From contig NC_045696.1 of assembly GCF_009834535.1 (NCBI RefSeq), positions 54,872,001 to 54,936,000 of the forward strand: 64,000 bases of DNA, given 5' to 3'. Made by a program: the position numbers and the translations under genes. Origin of the DNA: Camelus ferus (taxonomy: Eukaryota). Shown here in pieces: positions 1 through 13,318 of the stretch. The first letter of the stretch is position 1; every line of letters starts with the position of its first letter. The notes beneath the pieces are model-generated. The model had not been told where the DNA came from, did not search any database, and worked only from the letters and a program-made list of their open reading frames with translations.

Positions 1-330
1 GACCTTACAAGTTTTTGTTTTTGCACACAAATAACCAATGTTGAAAATACTACCTTTTCTACATTAAAATGACTTGGCAAATTTGTCAAAAATCAGTTGT
101 TTATATATGTGTGAGCTTCTTTTATTAACTCTCCATTCTGTGTCATTAATCTATTTGTCTATTTTGATACCAATATCACATAGCCTCCATTACTATTACT
201 TTATTATAAATTTTACATTTGGGGTTTCTAAGTTCTCCAGTTTTGCTGTTCTTACTCAAATTTTTTGGCTGTTCAACATCCTTTGCATTTCCAAATGAAG
301 TTTAGAATCAATTTTCTACTTCTATTTTAA
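1..330 (-). mobile_element. Ancient L1M (L1MC/MD/ME-age) ORF2 fragment; host element continuing at ~3976
   Basis: Antisense L1 ORF2 phrases (TGTCAAAAATCAGTTG, CTTTGCATTTCCAAATGAAGTTTAGAATCA) that resume collinearly at ~3976 (ATCAATTTGGGGAAAAATGA). Confidence 0.75.
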
Positions 331-334
331 AAAG

Positions 335-3300
335 TTGGATGGCAGGATAGAGCTTTCCAACAGACAAGTTGATAACCTCTGTGAATATTTCCCTCCATAA
401 AATCAACAAAAATTCTGGGAAAAAAATGTCAAAATCAACTTTCTCAGGACTCTTGAAACTATGCATAAGTTTTTGATAATGAGAGGAGTGTTTGTTAAAA
501 CAAAACAAAAACTGCTGTACCTTGATAACAAAAGCAGGCATTTGGGCTTTGATGCTTGACCTACTCCCATTCCCCTCTCCAAAGATACTCACTATTAGTC
601 TAATTTAAAGACTTGATGGTAGTCTTGAAACTAAGTAGCCTTACAACCACAACTGCAGTGAAAACCAGGAGAGTTAGAAAAACCAGAGAGAACAGATAAC
701 GGTTTCAGTTCTTTAAAAAGTCCCTTTTCCATACAGTTACTACTATTAGATTTGTACCTACTTTGATATATCTAGAAAAACTTGATTTACAGGACTCTGT
801 CACAATTTAATCTAACTCAGAGGTATCTATTTCAATCCCTGTGGCCTTTGTTGAAAAAACATCAACTGGTAATTGTTTATCATTGCAGCCTCTGAAGTCT
901 GTAAGGTCACTGAGGTAAATACGATCCTAACAAAAAGTTAAAAGGGAGATTTGAGGAACAAAATGTCCATAGGAAACTCTGGAAATTCCTAACATATTTC
1001 TGTAGCAATAAATTCTGTGTGTATGTGCGAGGCTGTGCACATGCCCAAGAAAGACCTGTGAGCACCCCAATCTCGCAGATATGGCTGAAATTGAAGCACT
1101 ATACAAACAGGAAGCTAAGGATAAGGCAGAGTTGTGAACAGCCTGTGCACTGAACGCATATCTTAGCCCACATTCATAAACCCTTTGTAAAGGATGAAAG
1201 ATTTACTGGCTAAAGGCATTTAAAGAAATCTCTGATCAGTCATTAGCTGACCAGTAAATTAAGCAAGCAGAGATTTCAGTAGCAGCACACTATTGGAAAT
1301 ACAGACTTTATAGAATTAGTTCAGGAAAGTCACTAAACAAATAAATGGTAACAACAACAACAACTCTGAGGGAGAGGGAGAAAGAAATTTTTAGAGTTAC
1401 CGTATTATACCATCCCAAATATTCACTTTTCAACAAAAATTTACAAGAAATATGGAAGTATTGCCCATATGCAGAAATAAATTCATTCAGTAGAAACTAT
1501 TCCTAAGATGATCTAGATGTTGAGCTCACTAGACATAGACTTAAATCAGCTAGTATAAGTTTATTCAAAGAACTAGGACAAACACAACATTGTAAAATGA
1601 TTATAAATCAATAAAAAATGTTAAAAAAATAAAAAAAATTTAAAAATGAACCTAAAGGATTAGATACAGAAAAAAAAAAAAGAACTAGGACAAGCATGTC
1701 TGAAGAATTAAAGAAAGATATGACAATGATTCTCATCATTGATAAGAGAGACTATCAACAAAGAGGATAGAAATTTTATAAAAAAATCATAATTCTTTGA
1801 AAATCGTACAAGATGACTCAAAAACTAATGGATGAAGAAACTTGCATGGATGATATATGAGTAGGTAGAATACTATCACTGTTTTGAACTGTAAAAAGAA
1901 AAAGTGCAAAAATTCTAAACATTATTTTACATGATGTGATTTTAAATGTGTGTAATTAAATTATGAAATAAAAAAGAACCAAATAGAAATTCTTGAACTG
2001 AAAAGAACAATAACGTCAATGAAAACTTCATTAGAGGAGCTCTAGAGTTGAACTGGCAGAATAATCAGCAAACTTGAAGAGAGAAAAATTGGTATTGTTG
2101 AACAGAAAAAAAAAATGAAAATGAAAGTGAATAGTACCTCTGAGACCTATGGTGTACCGTCAAGTTGTACTAACAACTGCATAATAAATGTCCCAGAGGA
2201 GATGAGAGAAAGAGGTAGAAGTAATATTTGAAAAAAATGTGTCTAAAAACTTCCCCAGACTGATGAAAAACATTAATCTACACATCTAAGATGTTTTATA
2301 AACCCCAAGTAATACAAATTAAAATAAGTCCACACATAGACTGAACCACAACTCCCTCTCCATTGCCAGTCCTCAGGCCCCCTGATGCTGGTTAGGAACC
2401 TCTTCCTTACCCTAATACATGTGTTAAGATGACTTGGAGAAAGATAAAAGTTATACATAGAGTTTGGTAGAGACTCCCCTGCCTGCATGTCCCACACTAT
2501 ACCCATGAACACACCAGACACAATTACCTCTTTTGAACTCCAAACCCTGGGGATCCCTAATGAGCAAATCTATCCCTGTTTCTTTGTCTGTCAGTAAATA
2601 AGTGTGACTTTGTGAGGAAAACAAAAGAACCTGCACTCAAACTGTCAAATTACAATATATACATTAAGATATACCTAGGTATATATACAGAAGACTGTAT
2701 AAATATATTTTATAACTTTTATTTTACCATTTTATTTAAAACATAATTGCATAAAGCAAGGATTACAAAGCTATGTTGATGGGTTTATAATATATACATA
2801 TGTAATCAGGATGACAATAATGTTATAAAGGAGGGGTCAGGTAATAAATATATACTGAAGTAAAACTGTTGTATACTATTGAAATTAAATGGACATTAAT
2901 CCAAACTACATTGTTTTAAGATAATAATTTTAATCTCCAGAGACACCACTAATAAAATAACTACAACAAAAAGAGAACATGAGAAGGGAATTAAACGGTA
3001 TACTAGAAAACACCCAAATGCAAAACAAGACAGTAAGGAGGAAGGGAGGAACAAAAAGACATAGGCTATATAGAAAACAAGCAGCAAATGGCAGATGTAA
3101 ATCCTACCTTTTATCTTTAATTAAACTAAAAGTAAATGGATTAAAATCTCAGATCAAAAGGTGGAGAATGGTAGAATGGATTAAAAAAATCCCTCTATCA
3201 GCTGTCTTCAGAGACACAATTTAGACTTAAAGACCGAAATAGAGTGAAAGTGAATATATGGGAAATTATGTACTATGCCAACAACTACCAAACATACGCT

Positions 3301-3972
3301 GTAATATCTATACTAATATCAGACAAATTAGATCTGAAGAAAAAAATGGTTACTAGAGACAAAGAGAGAAATGCTATAATAATAAAATATCCAATCATCA
3401 GGAAGATACACTAATTATAAACATAAGTGCATCTAACAAAAGAGCCCCAAACACATGAAGCTAAAACTGACAGAACTGAAATGCAGAATAAACAATTAAA
3501 TGATAAGTGATTTCAATATCTATTGTTAAGTAATAAATATAACTATTATTTAAAGGATAGGAAATAGACTTAGATAGCACTATAAACCAACTTGGCCAGC
3601 AGACATTAGGCAATGAAAAGAATGAAATATTGATACATGCTACAATACAGATGAAACTTGAAAATGTTCTGCTAAGTTAAATAAGCCAGTCACAAAAGAC
3701 CACAAATTATATGACTTCACTTACATGACATGCCCAGAAGAGTCAAATCTATAGAGACAGGAAGCATATTAGTGGTTTCCTAGGGACAGGGATGGTGAGA
3801 ATGGTGAGTGACTGCTAATGGGTACAGATTTCTTTCTGTGGTGATAAAAATGCTGTAACATTTATCTTGGTGACAGTTACACAAGTCTATGAATATAGTA
3901 AAAACCTTTGACTTGTACACTTTAATTGAATGAATTGTATGATATGACAAATATCTCAATAAGAGTATTAAA
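335..3972 (+). mobile_element. L1M4/L1MB-type LINE-1 with 5'UTR, ORF1 remnants, ORF2 start and 3' end; most of ORF2 deleted
   Basis: 5' motif AAAATCAACTTTCTCAGGACTC; ORF1-like A-rich segment ~1430-2340; endonuclease start LSLIKLKVNGLKSQIKRWRMVEWIKK (ORF 2979..3224); L1MB7/8-like 3' end at 3610-3970. Confidence 0.8.
1582..1678 (+). mobile_element. Extremely 5'-truncated young L1 3' tail with two A-rich tracts
   Basis: ACACAACATTGTAAAATGATTATAAATCAATAAAAAATGTTAAAAAAA tail; perfect 15-bp TSD AAAGAACTAGGACAA at 1567-1581 and 1679-1693. Confidence 0.85.
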
Positions 3973-5145
3973 ATCTGCCGTGTTTTTATAATGTCTCCCT
4001 GAAATATACATCAATTTGGGGAAAAATGATACCTGAACAATACAGACTCTTCTGATGAATAAATACTGTATATAACTCCATTTATTTAGTCTTCTTTAAT
4101 TTAGTTCAGAAATGTAGTTTTATAAAATTTATCTTAAACTATTTAATATTTTTGAAGCTAGTATAATTTTTAAAATTTCAATTGTTTATTGCCAGCATAG
4201 AGAAATACAACTGATTTTTCCATATTCATCTTGCAAAATATTAACCTTGTTAAAGTCACTCATTACTAGTACCTTTCTCTAAATACATTATTTAGGATTT
4301 TATACATAGATAAATATATCATATGCAAATGAATACTATTTTATTCCTTGCTTTCCAATATGGATAACAGTTATTTTCTTTTCTTGACTCATTGTTCTAA
4401 AGAGGACCTCTATTACAATGTCAAACAGAAAAATGAAGAACAGATTTTTTTTTCTCCTTTTTTCTCCATCCTAAAAGGAAAGTACAATCTTTCATGTGAA
4501 GTACACTGATATTTCATTGTTTTTTGTTGTCTCTTCACCATGGTGAAAAAAATCCTCTTCTGTGTCCTGTTTGATAAGTGTTTTTATAATGAATAAATGT
4601 TGAATTTTTCAAATACTTATTTGCTTCCACTGAGATAATCATACGCTTTTTTAATGCGATTTTTTAAATAGTTTTCTAATGTTGAATCAAATTTGCATTC
4701 TTTCAATAAACCCCATTTGCTCATAATGTCTTACCTATTTTACATATTCTTTGTTTGTTTTTTGCTCAAATCTTGTCAGGAATTTTTGGGAATATCTACA
4801 TGAGGATTGTTGTTCTGTAGTTTTGTTTACCTGTAATGTCTTGTGACTGGTTTTAATGTCAGGGTAATGTCGGCTTCATAAAATAAGTGAGATATTTTCT
4901 TCTATTTTTTAGAAGAGCTTGTGCAAGATTGGTTTTATGTTTTTCTTAAATATTTAGTAGAATTCACCAGTGGAACCTGTGGGCTTGAAGTTTTCCATTT
5001 TGGAAAGTTTTTAACTACAAATTAAATGTCTTTAATAAATATAGGCAGCATTCAAGTTACCTGTTCACTCCTTTGTGATCTATAGTAGATGTGTTTTTTC
5101 AGTAATTTTGTTCAATTCATCTAAGTTGTTGACTTTATTGACATA

Positions 5146-5492
5146 CAGCCATCCCTCAGTACCCAGGAGGGACTAGTTTCAAGAGCCTCTATGGATACCA
5201 AAATCTGTGGATGCTCAAGTCTCTTATATGGTAAATAATACAGTATCTGCATATAACCTATGCACATCATCCTGTATACTTTAAATCATCTCAAGATTGA
5301 TTATAATACTTCATACAATGTATAGACTGTGTAAATAGCTATATATACAATACAATGCTACATAAATATTTTTAAAGCTCAGCAAATTCAAGTTAGCTTT
5401 TTTGGAACTTTCTAGAACATTAAAAACATATTTTCAATCTATAGTGGGTTGAATCCATGGATTCAGGACCCATGGATACAGAGGGCCTACTG
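5146..5492. mobile_element. MER2B-like TcMar-Tigger MITE
   Basis: Imperfect terminal inverted repeats CAGCCATCCCTCAGTACCC ... GGATACAGAGGGCCTACTG flanked by TA on both sides; internal GGATACCAAAATCTGTGGATGCTCAAGTC. Confidence 0.9.
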
Positions 5493-5671
5493 TATATTGT
5501 TTATAGTACTCCATAATTACTTTTTAAATATCTAAGCAATCTATACTAGTGTTACCTCTCTTTCTTGTTATTGGAATGCATTCTCTCCTTTTTCTGGTCA
5601 GTCTTATTAGAGTTTTCTGTCCTCTTTGATTATTGACCTCAAACGACAAATTTTTGATTCTACTGATTTTT

Positions 5672-7094
5672 ATTTTTTTTAATTTATTGAAGTAACATTG
5701 GTTTGTAACATTATATGTTTCATGTGTACATTATATTTTGACTTCTGTATACACTAAAATATGCTCACCACCAAAAGTTGTTTCCATACATCACCATAAA
5801 GTTGATCCCTTTTACTCATTTCACAGTCCTCTACCCTCTTCTCGTCTGGTAACTACTACTCTGTCCTCTGTATCTACGTGTTTGTTTTTGTTTAATTTGG
5901 TTTGTTCACTTATTTTGGATTCTTTTTATATTCCACATATGAATAAATCATATGACATTTGTCTTTCTATCTGGCCTATTTCGTTTAGCATATTACCCTC
6001 AAGGCCCACCCATGCTGTTACAAATGTCAAGTTTTATATTTTTTAATCTGAGTAGTATTCCATTGTATATATTTACACACTGCATCTTATTTATCCATTC
6101 ACTTATTGATGAGCACTAAAGTTGTTTGTTTATCTTAACTACCATAAATAATGCTGTAATGAACATAGGGGTCCATATATCTTTTCAAAGTAGTGTTCTG
6201 TATTATTCACAAAAATCCAGAAGTGAAACAGCTGGATAATACTTTTTTTTTTTAATGTTTAATGTAGGAACCTCCATTCTGTTTTCCATAGTGGCTATAT
6301 CAATTTACATTACCACGAACAGTGTAAGAGGGTTACTTTTTCTTCACATTCTTTCCAATATTTGTTATTTTGGCCTTTTTGATAATAGTCATTCTAACTG
6401 GCATGAAGTGATAGCTCACTGTGGTTTTCATTTGCATGTCCCTAATAATTAGTAATGGTGAACGTATTTCATGTTCCTATTGGCCATCTATAAGTCTTCT
6501 TTGAGAAAATGTCTATTCAGTTTCTCTACCCATCTTTTAATCAGGTTTTTTTTTATTGTTGAGTTGCATAAATTCTTTATATATTTTGGATATTAACCCC
6601 TTGTCAGATATATGATTTGCAAATATCTTCTATTTGGTAGATTGTCTTTTCATTTGGTTGATGGTTTCCTTTGCTGTGCAGAGCTTTTTAGTTTGATGTA
6701 GTCCCATTTGTTTATTTTCACTTTTGTTTCCCATGCCTCACAGATATTCCTAAAAAGACATTGCTAAGACCAATGTCAAAGACCATTATGCTTATGTTTT
6801 CTTCTATGAGTTTTATGGTTTCAGGCCTAACATTCAAGGCTTCAATGCATTTTGAATTGATTTTTGTATGTGGTGTGAGACAGGGATCTAGTTTCATTAT
6901 TTTCCATGTCCGGTTTTCCCAGCACCATTTACTGATGAGACTATCCTCTTTCCATTGTATGTTCCTTGCTCTTATGTCATAAATTGTCCATATATGTGTG
7001 GATTTACTTCTGGGTTCTCAGTTCTATTCCATTGATCTATGTGTTTGTTTTTCTGCCAAAGCCATGTTGTTTTGATTATTATCAGTTTTTAATA
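5672..7094 (-). mobile_element. 5'-truncated L1MA9-age/laurasiatherian L1 (3'UTR and ORF2 C-terminus)
   Basis: Poly-T at 5667-5680 followed by antisense L1 3'UTR and ORF2; degenerate TSD CTACTGATTTTT / TCATTGATTTTT. Confidence 0.85.
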
Positions 7095-7257
7095 TCATTG
7101 ATTTTTCTTTACTATCTTTCTGACTATAATTGATTTATGCTCTTTATTATTTACTTTCTTCTGCTTACTTTGTTTAATCTGCCACCACTTTATAGTTTCT
7201 AAAGGTGGAGGCATAGCTACTAATTTGAGAGTTTTCTACTTTTCTGATATAGGTATC

Positions 7258-9756
7258 TGTACTAGATCTCTAATGCTGTATAACAAATTATCAGAAAACA
7301 GCAGCTTGAAAACAACGCTTATTATTTCATAGTGTCTGCTGAGCAGAAAGCATGAATGGCATAGCTAGGTGGTTCTGCCTCAAGGTCTTTCTGTCTTTCA
7401 TGGAATAGCTAGGCCTGCAGTCTCATTTAAACATTTAACTCAGAGATAATACACTTTTAAACTCTCTCATGTAACTATTGAGTCTTTAAGTCTTTGCTGT
7501 CTGTTGGCAAAAGACTTCCAATTTTTATCATGTGGTACTCTCTGTAGGCTGCTCAAATGAGCTTATGACATGGTTTCTGGCTTTCTCCAGGACAAGTGAT
7601 TTTAAAGTGAGAAAATCCATGTCTGATTGAAGTTGCATTTTTTTTCCATAATTTAATCACATACATGACATGACATACCATGGTTTCTGCCATACTCGAC
7701 TAAGTCTATCTCACATTCAAAAACAAGGGAATACAGATCTTTCTCTTAAAGGGAGGAGTATAAAACAATTTGTGGACATATTTTCAAAACATCACAGTTC
7801 AACCTCTAACCAAATCTTTACTTTTCTCCTCCGTGCAAAATACATTTTCCCCACCCAAAACTCTCAGATGTCTCATTTCATTGCCAAATGAGCTCTGTGT
7901 TCAAAATCTTGTCACATAAATCAGGTCCCAATGTGGATATTGCTCCTTGAGTGTAGATCTATTATTACAGCTTCTGGAATACAGGCCCTTTCAAGCTATA
8001 GACTTGCAAAACTAAAACAAAAAAATGCCTCACACAATAGTGGAGCAGGCACAGAATAAATGCTATAGTCATACTTCTCAAAAAGAGAAAATACAGCAGG
8101 TGAAATCAATAGCACAAAAATTCCACAGCAATTCTGAAATCTAGCCAGGAAAATATTGGAAATTCCTTGTAGGATCTTGAAGCCTAGGAATAATTTCCTA
8201 TGGCTCTCATCTGCCCTCTGCACTGTTGATTCTACCTTCTGCATCAGCTTCCCTTCATCATGAAAGGCACCAACTGTTTGTATCTGGTAGTTTTCTCAGT
8301 CTCCTACCTCCCAGCAGAATTTGGGGAGTCCAAAGTTCTCTTTTTATTTAAGTTCCTTTTGCTTGATCTACAGGTCTTTGAGTCAACTGGTGATGTTTCT
8401 GTATATATAATCCTTTAAAAATCCTTGTGGATCTTCTATGAATTACTGGAGCCTATTATTCCATTAGACAAAAGTCACACACATAGGTTTCTTTAAGGTA
8501 TACCCTTTTCTAGTTCTATATTTTGAGTTTCTGATGAAAACCTGGGGGAAGGCACCCTGAAGCTTCCTATAAGACCTACAGAGAAGATGTGTAAAGCATG
8601 TCTTTGTTCTATTTGGAGAGCATTTTGTTTCACTGAATAGCACCCCGATACATCACTGTTGATCTTCCTGAGATCTTAACAAAAGATTTTACAGTCACTC
8701 TCTTTGCTTAGACATTAGTGCACTGGGTTTTCTTTTTACTCAGAAGCCACTGCTTAATTTTAGCATTTGTTGTTTGTAGAGACAGAATTTTCAAAGCCAT
8801 CAAGTTCCAGCTCCTTCATGTTTAACAGCACTTTCTTAATTTACCTCACTTCTCTTGAATGTTATGTTAGGCAGCAAGGGAAAAACAAGTAGCACATTCA
8901 AAACTTTCACTGGAATTATCTTTAGCCAGATCATCCAGTTCATCAGGTATATTATCTACTTTCAACATGACTGATGCTGTTCATCTTGCCCTTTCTACCA
9001 CTATGTAACAAGGACACCCCCCCCCCACCTCATCCAGTTTTTAATAACATTTAGGTCACTCTCCTGAATGCCCTCAGCAGCAGCCTTATCTAAGACCATG
9101 AGACTTCTATAAATAGTTTCTTAAAGATGTTTGGCTTTCCATAACAGTCTCAGCAAAAGCCACTGCCTCGTATCAAAGACACTCCAACATTTTAGGTTGA
9201 CAATACTCTTTTCTCAGTATCAAAATCTTGATAAATTATCCCCAAGTTTAGAGGTTTAAAAAAACAAACATTTTTTGTTTCAGCTTTAATGGGTCAGAGA
9301 TCTGGCTCTAGTTTCACTGAATGGTTCTGACTCAATATCTCTTATAAGTTTACGATTAAGCTGTTGGCCAGGGTTGCAGTATCATCTGATAGCATGTCCA
9401 AGCAAGGATGTACTTCCAAGCTCAAGCATGTGTTTGCTGGCAGACTTCAGTTCCTCTCTGGCCATTGGCCAAAGACCAGTGTCCTGCTTCACAGGCCAGT
9501 CTATAGGTTGTCTGAATGTCCTGACATGGATAATACCTATTTCCAGTACAACAAATTCCTTAAATACAGGGCATCCAAAATGGAAACTAAGTGTTTTTAT
9601 AATCTATTTTCAGAAGTGATATGCCATTATTTCTGTCTGATTCTAACCATTACAAACAAGTGACTAAATGTAACCCACACTGAAAGGGAGGGAAATTAAG
9701 CTCTACCCCTTAAAAAGTGATTGAAAGAATTTGTGAACATATTTTTAAAGCCACCA
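7258..9756 (-). mobile_element. MLT1F-family MaLR provirus: LTR (7258-7797), internal region, LTR (~9225-9756)
   Basis: Both LTRs end in AATTTGTG(G/A)ACATATTTT...CA, the reverse complement of the MLT1F start, and share internal motifs; ~1.4 kb internal region; host L1 resumes on both sides. Confidence 0.85.
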
Positions 9757-11241
9757 GAACTTAAATGCTAAATATTTCTCCCTAAGCATTGCTTTAAATG
9801 CATTACACAAATTTTCTTATTTTGTGTTTTTGTTTTCATTCAGTTCAATACTTATATATCCTTCAATAATTTCATTCAGTTCTAACTTCCCTTATGATAT
9901 TTGTTTGACACATGAATCATTTAGAAGTGTGCTATTTCAGTTGCCAGGTATTTTGGAGCTTTCCAGATACTTTTCTGTTATTGATTTCTAACTTAATTCC
10001 ATTGCTTTCAGAGAACATAATTCATATTATTGAATATCCTGTAAATTTTTTGAGATCTGTTCAATAATCCAGAATATGTCCTATCTTTTTAAATGTCCAA
10101 TATGCACTTGAGAAAATGTGTATTGTGCTGTTGTTGGGTGAATATTTTTATAATGTCAGTTACAGAAAATTGATTGATATTTTTCAACTCTTTTTATCCT
10201 TACTGATGTTATAACTACTTAAACTATCCATTATTGAAAAAGAAGTGTTAAAACATTTTACTATAATCACGGATTTGTTTATCTTGTCAGTTCTATCAGT
10301 TTTTGCTTAATCTATTTTTAATTTCAGATATTAAAAATATAATTATTTAAGATTATTATGTCCTCTTGATAAATTGATCCCTTTAATCATTCTGAAACAA
10401 CCGTCTTTAATCCTAGTAATAGTCTTTGGTCTAAAAAGTAGTTTTTCTGATAGTAATATAGTCATTCCAGCTTTCTTTTATTAGTTTTACCATGAAATAT
10501 CTTTCTTCCTTTCACTTTTAATCTATGTGTATATATGTTGAGTGTAGAATTATTATATTTGATTTATACATGGATCTTAATTTTTATCTACACTTAAAAT
10601 CTCTTATAAAAATTAGAATATTTAGACCATTTACACTTAATATGATTATTAATATATTTGAGTTAAATCTACCAGATTGTTTTATATCCATCCCTTCAGG
10701 GTTTTGTCTCTTTTTTCTCCTTTTTAAGGATGAATTTGATAGTTTTATGATTACATTTTATCTTCTTTGTTGGAATGTTAGCTATACTCCTTGTTGCTGT
10801 TTTTTAGAAATTAGTGGTTATCTTAGGGTTGGTTTTATTTATTACAGTCTAATTATAGACAATAATAAAACTTCACACAAAATATACAATTGTATACTTC
10901 TATTGCACTTCTCTGTGCCTTTGTACTACTGACTCTTCTATCATTTTACTTCTATGTTTGCTATAATACTATGATACTTCAGTTTATATACTTTAGATAT
11001 TTAATTGTATTTTATAGAGATTTTAAAAATAAGAAAAATATCTTTTATACTTATTGACATATTTCTGTCTCCTAAAGCTCTAATTCCTTTGTGCAGATCC
11101 AGATTTTGATCTAGGTATCATCTTCCTCCTGACCCAAAGATATCCTATTTATTTCCTTTTAATTTTTGTGGGAAATTAATATATAAGTAGATATAATTAA
11201 TACATGATAAATTATATAGCCTCTTTTACTTCAGATTTTGG

Positions 11242-11982
11242 TGTAATACAGAAATACATTTAATCTTTATCCCTAGCTCCTAGCAAAAAAGCTCCTAAAA
11301 TCCTTGGAATTTCCTGAGTGCTATCACCGTCCTTTGTTATTTATTATGAGCCTAATTCATCATACTTGTGTTACTTATGCTAATGAGGATGAGGAGACTT
11401 AGGTTGGGACCCCCAGACTGCCTCAGGATGGGGCTGGTCACCAGAAAGATCAAGTGATTAGAGGGTTGGCACTTTTAGTTCCACCCCTCAATCTCTAGGA
11501 AAGCAAGGGGCTTCTGGAGACTGAGCTTTATAAACACTTTTGAACACATTGCTTTGGAGAAATTTTGAATTAGTGACCTCACTCAAGTTCAAGGAGGGTA
11601 GAGCAACCAATTCCACAGGGACAAAAGCTCCTGCACCAGAGGCCCTTCTAGACCTTGCCTGATGTACCTCTTCATCTGGTTGTTCATTTGTATCCTTTAT
11701 AATAAATTGATAAACATAAATAAAATGACTTCCTGAGTTCTGTGAGCTGTTCTAGCAAATTATCAAACCTGAAGAGGGAGCTGTGGGAACCTTCAAATTA
11801 TAGCTGGTCAGTTCGGAATTATGGGTGACCCAATACTTGCAACTGGCAACTGGCTATACCCTTAAACCTGTATAGTCTCATGCTGACTCTGGGTAGTTAG
11901 TGTCAGAAGTAAATTGCTGGACATTGAGTTGGTATCTACAGAGAATCAGAGAATTGGTTAGTGTCAGAAAACATCTGAGACA
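11242..11982 (+). mobile_element. MER21-family solo LTR
   Basis: TG...CA ends; motifs GCTCCTAAAATCCTTGGAATTTCCTGAGTG, CAGGATGGGGCTGGTCACCAGAAAGA, TTCCTGAGTTCTGTGAGCTGTTCTAGCAAATTATCAAACC. Confidence 0.85.
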
Positions 11983-12190
11983 GATATAAGTAATTAGAGA
12001 TAATTTGTGTTTTGTCTATTTTTTGTACTTGATCAGTTTTAAATGGATATTATTAGTTGTATTAATTTCAAATTTTTGTCCTTTCAAGTTATTCTGTCCT
12101 ATGTATTTATTTTTTATTTAAGTAACTTCCTTTTATATTGTCATGAATTATTATTCCATTTCCCACTGGCTCATCACTGCTGAAATCCAA

Positions 12191-12192
<2 letters not shown>

Positions 12193-12227
<35 letters not shown>
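12193..12227. repeat. (AC)n microsatellite
   Basis: About 17 perfect AC units. Confidence 0.97.
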
Positions 12228-12230
<3 letters not shown>

Positions 12231-12289
12231 CAATCCTCCAATCCTGTCCTTGCAAGTCTATTTCCTAGAATCACTCATGAGACAAATCC

Positions 12290-13048
12290 TTTATCAGTCA
12301 AGGTCTAATCCAAAAACAGAAACATCACTGTAATTTAAACAGATAAAGTCTGAAGAATTACTAACCATAACAAATTAATTTAAGAGTACACACAGAACTA
12401 TACAGAATAGTCTATGTTTGAGGGAACAGTGCTCAAAAGAAGAACTCAGAAAGGATATTACCTCCATGAAGCTGGGATTCAGACCTAGCTGTAGAAGGTA
12501 AAATGGCTTTTGATTGTACTGAGGAGAAGTTCATTTGGCTGTCTGCACCAAAACAGGTCTATCACTGCCAGGCAAGTAGGAAATGCTCCTCTGGGGTTCA
12601 GGTAGGCCAAGGCTAGCAGGTAGATGATCAGTGAGAGAGTCAAGGCCATGGGAATCCACTTGCAAGCTTAGTAGTAAAAGGCCTTAGGTATAGTGTCCAC
12701 TTCAGGAGTCCAGAGTGAAGTGATCACCAGGTCTCAACCAGGGCTACCAATTTACCAAGGCATTGTGTATTCTGGGCACATGGTTTGGGCTGGGTGGCAC
12801 TGGATGTCCCTATCTATATGTGCCTCTAGGAGTAATGCAGTAGGAATAAAAAGAAACAAAAATAGAAGCACACTGAAATGAGAAAGAGAGTGCCCTTTCT
12901 CTTGCAATGTCCCTCCAGCTCTATTTTCAAAATTTAACATTCTACTCTCTGTGTAGGAGATATGCTTAAAGGATCAAACTCCATTATTGCAAAGCAGACT
13001 ATTAAAGGTAAATTTTTATCTAAGTTGCGATAAATTAACAACTAGCAA
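12290..13048 (-). mobile_element. LTR78-like solo LTR
   Basis: Reverse complement starts TGCTAGTTGTTAATTTATCGC...ATAATGGAGTTTGATCC...GCTGGAGGGACATTGCAAG, resembling the recalled LTR78 5' end. Confidence 0.6.
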
Positions 13049-13318
13049 AAATACATATGCAAGTCATAGAAGAATTATGCTAAAATGAAGATTCCAATTT
13101 AGGTGGTCTTAAGTGGAGCCTGAAATCTAGGAACTTAACTCTAAACATTGTTTCCTCTATTATATTAGGTAGTGCCAAGTAAGTTCCTAATTGCATCAAC
13201 TGTCCCAAAGAAAAAAATTATGAATTCTGAACAAAATATAGTAACGATTATCTAATGGTTTAGCGAGTGAAAATTAAAATACAGATAGTAGACAGGAGTT
13301 ATAACTTGGCAGAAGGGA

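Larger units (their letters stand above)
3976..11170 (-). mobile_element. Ancient L1M ORF2 and inter-ORF host element, interrupted by MER2B, a younger L1 and MLT1F
   Basis: Collinear antisense L1 ORF2 phrases (GTCAGGGTAATGTCGGCTTCATAAAATAAG, TAGAATTCACCAGTGGAACC, TGCACTTGAGAAAATGTGTATTGTGCTGTTGTTGGGTG) resuming after each insertion. Confidence 0.8.

Noticed and set aside
10525..10932. 135-aa hydrophobic ORF
   Set aside because: T-rich antisense L1 sequence producing spurious F/L/I-rich reading.
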